From positions 482,721-546,720 of the forward strand of contig CAVZYF010000005.1 of assembly GCA_963779405.1 (NCBI GenBank): a stretch of DNA of 64,000 bases, written 5' to 3'. Under the pieces are notes generated by a model. It made no database searches. It saw nothing but the letters and a program-made list of their open reading frames with translations, and was not told the DNA's origin. This DNA is from an uncultured Solirubrobacterales bacterium. Its GTDB lineage: Bacteria; Actinomycetota; Thermoleophilia; Solirubrobacterales; Solirubrobacteraceae. Of this stretch, positions 57,001 through 64,000 are shown one piece after another; within the stretch, counting starts at the first letter, position 1, and every line of letters starts with the position of its first letter. The position numbers were made by a program, and so were the translations under genes.

Positions 57001-58774
57001 TCACCAGTGCCGGTGGGTGGCCAGGGTGTGTTGCGCTTCGTCCGCGCGCAGGTAGGGGTGTTCGGCGAGGAAGGCGCGAGCCTCGGCCACAGCTGCCTCG
57101 CGCGAGTAGGCATTGGCCGCGGGCGCAACTCTGTGACCGATCGGCAGCGCGTCGATCACGCCGCAGCGCCAGCCATGCTCCCGCGCCAGCGCAGCCCAGT
57201 GGAGATCCAAGCCCCAACCCATGCGCAGCGAGGGAAAAGGCAGCAACGTCGAGAATGTCGAGCGTGCGAAGGCGGTCACCGGGCCGATCTCCACAAACGA
57301 TGTCTCGCGCACCACGCTGCCCGGGCGTCGGCGTGTCACCTGCCAGGCCGCGTGGGAGTTCAGGTGGTGCGCCGGCTGAGCCAAATCGAGCGAGAAGCGC
57401 TCCGCGAGGAACAGGAAGCGATCGAGGAAGTCGTGGGGCAGCTCGACGTCATCATCGATCACCACCAGCCAATCGTGGTCGCGATATCGGAGATCCCTCC
57501 ACCCCGCCCGCGAGCAGGAGGTTGAGGTTCTCGAACTTGCCGAGATCTCCCGGCGGGCCGGTGTGCAGCTCGACATCGTGACGTGAGCGCAGCAGCTCGC
57601 GGCGGATCTTCTGTGCCAGCGCACCGTGCTCGGGGCGCTCGACACCGAGCACGAGCACCTTCCGCCGGGGTGGGTCGCTGCGCGCGGCGAGGTTCAGGCG
57701 CAAGCGTCGGCCGCTGGCCAGCTCCCATGCCTTCATCGCCTCGTCGCGCATGCGGCGACGGATGGCGTCGGCCCCCCCGACCGTCCCGCTCGCGCCGGAC
57801 AGGAAATCGTCGTTCGAGCTTCCGTGTGCAGACGGCGCCCCATTCGCTGGGGCGCCACCCTCGAGGCAGGGCGCGGGCGATTTCGTCGCGGCTCCAATTG
57901 CCGGCGCGCTATCCGGCTGCGCATGCAGGCTCTCCCAAAGGCGCCCGGCGCTGTGCGCGACCATCACCAGCCCGGCGGGACAGCGGCGGCGAAGCACATG
58001 TCCGAGGCACCCGCCGAGCGTGAGCAGCTCACTTCCACGCGAAGGCGCCTCACGGCGAAAGCTGTCGAAGCGACGACTGGCGCGCCCACGTGCATAGGCG
58101 GCGCGCGCGAGCGATCTGAGCCGCGCGTCCGGGCCGGCGCGGCAATGCTCGAGCGCCGCGCCCGCCACGTACAGAACCCGGGCGTCCGGCGTAGCCGCGC
58201 GCATGCGATCCTGCCACTCCTGCTCGTCGCCGCCGTGCTCGAGCGTGATCTCGAACGGACCGACTCGCTGAAGCGCGGCGCGGCGGATCGTCATGTTGGT
58301 GCCCCATGCGTAGCGCGTGTCCGTGTCCCGCCTCCCGAGGTCAAGTGAGGTGATGGGCGGTCCCTCGCGACCGCAGCTGCGGACCCGACCCCACCCGCCC
58401 CGACCGTCCAGGCAGGGCTCGATCGGGCCGGTGAAGACGCCCACCTCCGGGTGCTCCCGCGCTGCATCGAGCAGCGCTTGAAGCCACCCCGGCCGCACCC
58501 GGACATCGTCATCAACGAACACCACCAGCTCGCTGCACGAGCGCTCCACGCCAGTATTGCGTGCCACGTTCAGGCCGAGCGGGCCGGGATGGGGCTCATA
58601 GCGGGCGCCGAGGCGCTCCACCAGCGCGCGCGTCGTGGCCGAGGGTCCCGCGTCGTCGATCACCAGCACCTCGACTCCGGCGCCATCCGCTTGGGGGATG
58701 ATCGAAGTGAGCGCGACCTCCAGATAAGTGGGACGCGCGCGAGTGGGGATCACGATCGATGCAGGGGGGGTCAT
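57001..58774 (-). CDS. Two-domain glycosyltransferase: GT2 plus a second GT-A (DUF707-like) domain (frameshift ~57500)
   Basis: SIVIPT, ARNTG, FVDDD; C-domain VIDDD, LAQPA, FVEIGP, GWGLD. Confidence 0.8.
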
Positions 58775-58803
58775 GGTCCGAACAGTCTAGGTTTGACGCT
58801 CAC

Positions 58804-59922
58804 ATGGTCCTGTTCCTGCACAACCGCTACCGCACCACGGGCGGCGAGGAGCGCGTGGTCGATGAGCTGATGCTGCTGGTGCGCGAGCAGTTGGGAGAGC
58901 AGGTGGAGCTGCTGGATCGGGATTCCGCGACTATGGGCCGGGGTCGTGCCGCGGCCGGGCTGTTGCGCGGGGGGCTGAGACCCGAGGACGTGGGCCGTGC
59001 GGTACGGACGGGAGGTGCGCGTGTGGTTCACGCGCACAATCTCAATCCAACACTCGGCTGGCGTGCCTTGGCGGCGGCTCGCGCGGCCGGGGCGCGCGTC
59101 GTGCTGCACTTGCACCAGTACCGGATCGTGTGCGCGATCGGCGTGTGCTTCACACGCGGAGCGGAGTGCACCCGCTGCCACGGACGCAACACGCTCCCGG
59201 GTGTGCGCTTGAACTGCCGCTCAAGCATTCCAGAGGCGGCCGCCTATGGCGCGTCGCTGGCACTATGGCAGCGCCGCCTGGCCGCGCAGGCCGATGCGGT
59301 GATCGTGCCTAGCGCGTTTGCGCGCGAGCGACTGCGCGAGCTCGGGGCGCCTTTATCCTGGGAGCGCGTTCACGTATTGCCACCGCCGGTGCGTGAGCCT
59401 TCGCACTCCTCGCCGGTCAAGTCGGGGTCCTATGCCCTGGTGGTTTCGCGCCTGGCGCGCGGAGAAGGGGGTCGATGTGGCAATCGAGGCCTGCCGGGCC
59501 GCGGGGGTGGCGTTGGTGATCGCCGGCGACGGGCCAGAGCGAGAGGCTCTACGAGAACAAGCCGGCGACTCAGAGGTGCGCTTCGTCGGTCATGTGGACG
59601 ATTCGCGAGCTGGCAGCGCTGCGTGCCGGGGCGGCGATTGCGCTCGTGCCCTCGCGCTCGGCTGAGACCTTCGGCTTGGCCGCGGCCGAGGCGATGGCAG
59701 CGGGCCTGCCGGTGGTCGCGAGCCGGGTGGGCGCGCTCGCGAGAGCTACTCGCCGAGCAGAGTCTCGTTCCGGCAGATGACGTGAGCGCCCTGGCACTGG
59801 CGATCGGTCGCCTGGCCGGCGATCGTGCCGCGGGCGCACGGGGATTGGAGCAAGTCCGCGCTCTGTGCGCACCGGAGCGGGTGGCGGCGTCGCTGGCTTC
59901 GATCTACGACGCGGCGAGGTAG
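58804..59922 (+). CDS. Glycosyltransferase family 4 (frameshifts)
   Basis: HNRY...GGEE, VHAHN, LHQYR..C, EKG, ETFGLAAAEAM. Confidence 0.88.
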   Translation: MVLFLHNRYRTTGGEERVVDELMLLVREQLGEQVELLDRDSATMGRGRAAAGLLRGGLRPEDVGRAVRTGGARVVHAHNLNPTLGWRALAAARAAGARVVLHLHQYRIVCAIGVCFTRGAECTRCHGRNTLPGVRLNCRSSIPEAAAYGASLALWQRRLAAQADAVIVPSAFARERLRELGAPLSWERVHVLPPPVREPSHSSPVKSGSYALVVSRLARGEGGRCGNRGLPGRGGGVGDRRRRARARGSTRTSRRLRGALRRSCGRFASWQRCVPGRRLRSCPRARLRPSAWPRPRRWQRACRWSRAGWARSRELLAEQSLVPADDVSALALAIGRLAGDRAAGARGLEQVRALCAPERVAASLASIYDAAR

Positions 59923-60007
59923 GGCCGTATCTCGATAGGACCGCACGTCTGCGCGCCCGGTCGGCATCGGCCTGACTAAGCTCCTGGCCGTGTCCCCAGC
60001 GTCAGAT

Positions 60008-60985
60008 ATGGCCCGGCGGGCCCTAGTGACCGGCCTCACCGGCCAGGACGGATCATTCCTGGCGGAACTGCTTTTGGAGCATGGGTACCACGTCACCGGT
60101 CTCGTGCGTGGGGCGCCCGACCGCTCGCTCGGCTGCACCGAGCATCTGCGGGAGCGGGTAAACATCGTGCGTGGCGAGCTGCTCGATCTGAGCTCCCTGC
60201 GGGCGGCGATCGAGGAGAGCCATCCCACCGAGATCTACCATCTTGGGGGCCCGTCGTTCGTACCGGCCTCCTGGGAGCGCCCGGCCGAGGCATTGAGCGT
60301 GATCGCCGGGTCGACGGCCATGCTGCTCGAGGTCGTGCGCGAGCTCAGCCCGGACACGCGGGTGTTCGTCGCGGCCTCGGGCACGATGTTCGGTGACGCG
60401 CCTGAGAGTCCACAGCGAGAGGACACGCCGTGCCGTCCCACCACGCCCTACGCGATCGCCAAGCTCGCCGCCCACCGGCTGGTGGGAGCCATGCGGGAGC
60501 ACGACGGGTCCTTCGCATGCTCGGGGATCGTCTTCAACCACGAGTCAGAGCGGCGCCCCGAGCAGTTTGTGACACGCCGGATCACGCGCGGGGCGGCTGA
60601 GATCGCCCTCGGGCTGCGCGAGGAGCTGACATTGGGTGATCTCGAGGCGGTACGCGACTGGTCGTTTGCCGGCGACATCGTGCGCGGCGCCTGGCTGATG
60701 CTGCAGCAGGAGCGTCCGGAGGACTACGTCCTCGCAAGCGGGATTGCGCACACGGTCGCCGAGTTTGCACAGACGGCGTTCGCGTGCGTGGATCTCGAGG
60801 CCGAGCGGTACCTGCGCGTCGATCCCGCGCTGGTGCGCGCCCCGGAGGGCACGCCGAGCGTAGGGGATCCGAGCAAGGCACGCGAGCGCCTGGGGTGGAG
60901 GCCTCTGGTTTCCTTCGTGGAACTGGTCGAGCGCATGGTGCAGGCCGACATGCGCTCGCTGGAAGCGCAGACGAGTAAGCCATAG
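60008..60985 (+). CDS. gmd: GDP-mannose 4,6-dehydratase-like SDR
   Basis: ALVTGLTGQDGS.LAE.LL, PYAIAK, FNHES.RR...FVTR, RDWSFA; catalytic Glu position altered. Confidence 0.75.
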   Translation: MARRALVTGLTGQDGSFLAELLLEHGYHVTGLVRGAPDRSLGCTEHLRERVNIVRGELLDLSSLRAAIEESHPTEIYHLGGPSFVPASWERPAEALSVIAGSTAMLLEVVRELSPDTRVFVAASGTMFGDAPESPQREDTPCRPTTPYAIAKLAAHRLVGAMREHDGSFACSGIVFNHESERRPEQFVTRRITRGAAEIALGLREELTLGDLEAVRDWSFAGDIVRGAWLMLQQERPEDYVLASGIAHTVAEFAQTAFACVDLEAERYLRVDPALVRAPEGTPSVGDPSKARERLGWRPLVSFVELVERMVQADMRSLEAQTSKP

Positions 60986-60998
60986 ACTGCCTGCCGTC

Positions 60999-62249
60999 AT
61001 GACGACGATCGGTGTTATCGGGTTGGGTTACGTGGGCCTGCCGCTCGCGGTGGCGTTTGCGCGGGAGGGCTGCGACGTCGTCGCGGTCGATCTCGATTCG
61101 CGCAAGATCGAGGCGATCGAGGCGGGGGACTCTTACATCGAGGATGTCTCCTCTGAGGAGTTGCGCGAGGTCTCTGAGCGTATCCATGCCACGACGCGGT
61201 ATGCGCGGCTGGCCAAGGCGGACGCTGTGCTGGTGTGCGTGCCGACTCCGCTGACTCGTAACCGTGAGCCGGATCTGGAGCCGCTGATCGATTCCACGCG
61301 GGCGCTGGCGGAGGTTTTGCAGGCGGGGCAGCTCGTGGTGTTGGAGTCCACCACTTATCCGGGTACCACTCGCGAGCGCGTCGCGCCGCTGCTGGAAGAA
61401 TCTGGACTGGCGGCCGGCAAGGACTTCCATCTGGCGTTCTCCCCGGAGCGTGTCGATCCGGGGAGAACGGACTTCACGTTGCGCAACACACCGAAGGTGG
61501 TAGGTGGCTTGACGCAGGCGTGTGCGGAGCGCGCCGAGGAGATCTATGGGCTGGTGTGCGAAAAGCTTGTGCGTGTCTCGAGCCCGGAGGCCGCGGAGCT
61601 GACAAAGCTCTTGGAGAACATCTTCCGTTCGGTGAACATCGCGCTCGTGAACGAGCTGGCGATGCTGACCGACCGCATGGGGATCGATATCTGGGAGGTC
61701 GTCGAGGCCGCGGCGAGCAAGCCGTACGGGTTCATGCGCTTCGAGCCGGGCCCCGGGATGGGGGGCCACTGCCTGCCGGTCGATCCGTTCTATCTGAGCT
61801 GGCGCGCGCGCGAGTTCGACATGACGACCGAGTTCATCGAGCTTGCGGGGAAGGTCAACCAGCAGATGCCCTACCACTGCGTCGCGAAGGTCGAGCGCGT
61901 GCTCAACGACGCCAGCCTCGCCGTGAAGGGCGCCCGGATCGCAGTGCTGGGTGTCAGCTACAAGCCCGGCGTCGGCGATATCCGCGAGTCTCCCGCGCTG
62001 AAGATCATCGCGCTGCTGAAGGCGCTCGGTGCGGATCTGCGTTATCACGACCCGCACGTGCCGTCGTTGCCCGAGTTCGCTTTGGCAAGCGGGTCGCTCC
62101 AGGACGTGCTCCACGATGCCGACCTCACGCTGATCGTTACCGCGCATCCGAGCGTCGACCACAACGCGATCGCCGAGCAGGCGGGCCTCCTCGTAGATCT
62201 GCGCGGCGTCACCCGCGGTACGCAAGCCGAGAACGTCATCCGCCTGTGA
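60999..62249 (+). CDS. Nucleotide-sugar 6-dehydrogenase (WbpA/WecC-like)
   Basis: GLGYVGLP, CVPTP, ESTTYPGTT, SPERVDPG, KLLEN, GGHCLP.DP, D.RESP. Confidence 0.93.
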   Translation: MTTIGVIGLGYVGLPLAVAFAREGCDVVAVDLDSRKIEAIEAGDSYIEDVSSEELREVSERIHATTRYARLAKADAVLVCVPTPLTRNREPDLEPLIDSTRALAEVLQAGQLVVLESTTYPGTTRERVAPLLEESGLAAGKDFHLAFSPERVDPGRTDFTLRNTPKVVGGLTQACAERAEEIYGLVCEKLVRVSSPEAAELTKLLENIFRSVNIALVNELAMLTDRMGIDIWEVVEAAASKPYGFMRFEPGPGMGGHCLPVDPFYLSWRAREFDMTTEFIELAGKVNQQMPYHCVAKVERVLNDASLAVKGARIAVLGVSYKPGVGDIRESPALKIIALLKALGADLRYHDPHVPSLPEFALASGSLQDVLHDADLTLIVTAHPSVDHNAIAEQAGLLVDLRGVTRGTQAENVIRL

Positions 62250-62959
62250 GCGTGCTGAGTGCCGATCCGCGTGCGCCCGGGTTGATGCTCGGCGAGGACG
62301 TGCAAATTGGTAGACAGGTGTCATTCGGTGCTCATGTCGTCGTGCACGAAGGCACTCGGATCGCCGACGGGTGCGTGATCGAGGACCACGCGGTGCTCGG
62401 CAAGCGCCCGCGGCTGGCGCCCGGCTCCTCCGCCGTGGGCGAGGTCGGCCGGCTGGAGCTGGGTAAGGATGTGAAGGTCTGCTCCGGCGCCGTCGTCTTC
62501 GCTGGCGCCCGGGTCGAAGAGGGGTCGATCCTCGGCGACCAGAGCTTCGTGCGCGAGCGCACGTGGGTCGGGCCGGGCACGGTGATCGGGCGAGGGAGCG
62601 TGGTCGACAACGACGTCGAGGTGGGTGCCAGAGTGCGCGTGCAGACGAGCGTCTATCTAACTGCGGGCACCAAGATCGAGGACGACGTGTTCGTCGGTCC
62701 GGGCGCCACCACGACGAACGACGACACGATGGCGCGTCACGGCCCTGGGGAGCCGTTGCGGGGCGCCACGCTGCGGCGCGCGTGCCGGGTCGGCGGCGGC
62801 GCTGTGCTCACCCCCGGCGTGGAGATCGGCGAGGAGGCGTTCGTCGCCGCTGGCGCGGTAGTCACGCACGATGTGCCTGCGCGCTCGGTCGTCATGGGCG
62901 TGCCGGCGCGCGTCGTGCGTGAGGTTCCGGAGGAGGACCTGTTGGAGCGCTGGCGCTAG
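62246..62959 (+). CDS. Hexapeptide-repeat N-acetyltransferase (WbpD-like)
   Basis: LbH repeats, IEDDVFVGP..TTTND, AGAVVT.DVP, GVPAR; GTG overlaps upstream TGA. Confidence 0.88.
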   Translation: MSVLSADPRAPGLMLGEDVQIGRQVSFGAHVVVHEGTRIADGCVIEDHAVLGKRPRLAPGSSAVGEVGRLELGKDVKVCSGAVVFAGARVEEGSILGDQSFVRERTWVGPGTVIGRGSVVDNDVEVGARVRVQTSVYLTAGTKIEDDVFVGPGATTTNDDTMARHGPGEPLRGATLRRACRVGGGAVLTPGVEIGEEAFVAAGAVVTHDVPARSVVMGVPARVVREVPEEDLLERWR

Positions 62960-62969
62960 CGGCTCGGCC

Positions 62970-64000
62970 TTACAGGCGGGCGGCGGCCACGACCTCGCCC
63001 ACCTGCTCGCGCGTCAGCACCGGGCTCATCGGGATCGCCAGGTGCGTGCGCGCCGCCTCGTCGGTCGCCGGGAGCTCGACCCCGGCGCCCCACTCGTGCA
63101 TCGCGACCTGACGGTGAACGGGGGTGCGATAGTAGGCCTTGTGACCGACCTCCACAGCGCGGAGTGCACCTTCTAACCGTCCCACGTCGGGGTGGCCGAT
63201 GACATACAGATGCCACGCCGGTGAGGCCCCATCCACGGGGCACGGCAACCTGACCAACTCGCCCAGCCCCGCTTCCTCGTAATACCGCCCGGCTGCGCGG
63301 CGACCATCGGCCAACGTGTCGAGGTGGGGCAGCTGCACACGCAGGATCGCCGCTTGGAGCTCGTCCAAGCGCGAGTTGTAGCCAACCTGCTCGTAGGTGA
63401 CCTTGTCGTGGGAGCCGTGAAACCGCAAGGTGCGCGCGCGCTCGGCTACCGCCTCATCCGAGGTCGTGATCATGCCGCCGTCGCCGAAGCAGCCGAGGTT
63501 CTTCGACGGAAAGAACGAGAACGTGGCCGCGGTCCCCAGCGCGCCGGGGCGCCCGCCGCTTGAGGCGAGTGAGCCGGCGGCCTGGGCGGCGTCCTCGAGC
63601 ACGGGCACTCCCAGCGCTTCGATCTCGGCGACCGGCGCCACGTTGCCGAACAGATGCACGGCGAGCACCGCCTTCGTGCGCGGGGTCAGCGCCGCGCACA
63701 CCGTCTCGGCGGTCACGCAGTAGGTGGCCGGGTCGATGTCGCAGAACACAGGCGTGGCCCCGGTCGGCGGGATCGCCTCGGCGGAGGCGTAGAACGTAAA
63801 CGACGGTACCACGACCTCGTCGCCGGGGCCAACGCCGAGCGCCCGTAGCGCGATCGTGATCGCATCGGTGCCGTTGGCCACTCCGACCGCGTGCTCGGCG
63901 CCACAGTAGGCGGCGAACTCTCGCTCAAACGCGGCTACTTCGGGCCCGAGGATGTAGCGCTCGGAGTCGAGCACTCTGTCGATGGCTGCGCGCAGCTCCC
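62970..64000 (-). CDS. DegT/DnrJ/EryC1/StrS aminotransferase (WbpE-like), 5' end outside window
   Basis: NGTDA, VHLFG, EDAAQA, FSFFPSKNLG..GDGG, GYNSRLDE.QAA. Confidence 0.93.
   Translation of the reverse strand, partial: ELRAAIDRVLDSERYILGPEVAAFEREFAAYCGAEHAVGVANGTDAITIALRALGVGPGDEVVVPSFTFYASAEAIPPTGATPVFCDIDPATYCVTAETVCAALTPRTKAVLAVHLFGNVAPVAEIEALGVPVLEDAAQAAGSLASSGGRPGALGTAATFSFFPSKNLGCFGDGGMITTSDEAVAERARTLRFHGSHDKVTYEQVGYNSRLDELQAAILRVQLPHLDTLADGRRAAGRYYEEAGLGELVRLPCPVDGASPAWHLYVIGHPDVGRLEGALRAVEVGHKAYYRTPVHRQVAMHEWGAGVELPATDEAARTHLAIPMSPVLTREQVGEVVAAARL

Noticed and set aside
41329-62324. Long antisense or alternate-frame ORFs (e.g. 41329..42888 +, 45378..46739 +, 60582..62324 -)
   Set aside because: Shadow ORFs expected at this GC content, opposite well-supported genes, with no recognisable motifs

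Overview
High-GC actinobacterial chromosomal window. Gene style (many leaderless TAnnnT promoters, paralogous secreted GH-A-like barrels) suggests Thermoleophilia/Solirubrobacterales, which is an inference. Many genes, including normally essential ones (ileS, asd, sucCD), carry 1-bp frameshifts best explained as long-read indel errors, so gene limits are partly reconstructed across frames. Contents: GT4, polX, ppm1-like GT2, SpoIIM-like protein, trxA, ileS (type 2, with a non-canonical GSHH signature), fumC; a GT-C + three secreted GH-A-like proteins + flippase-like cluster (10.6-17.3 kb); Hrq1/SftH helicase, HAD, orphan RHH/BrnA-like gene, gpsA; an aldonolactone oxidase/PLP enzyme/M28 operon; a mini glycerate-kinase-like gene; Prim-PolC-LigC; DtxR; aminotransferase; sucCD; an acyl-CoA carboxylase set split by a sir-cysH-cysD-cysN operon; asd; methylmalonyl-CoA mutase; and a surface-glycan locus (47-64 kb). 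No rRNA, tRNA, CRISPR or IS element was recognised. The best candidates for undescribed systems are (i) the GT-C/GH-A/flippase envelope module with a shared ECF-like promoter motif and (ii) a WaaL/PglL-like TPR enzyme overlapping a small Ser/Thr/Gly-rich anchored protein, a possible protein O-glycosylation system.
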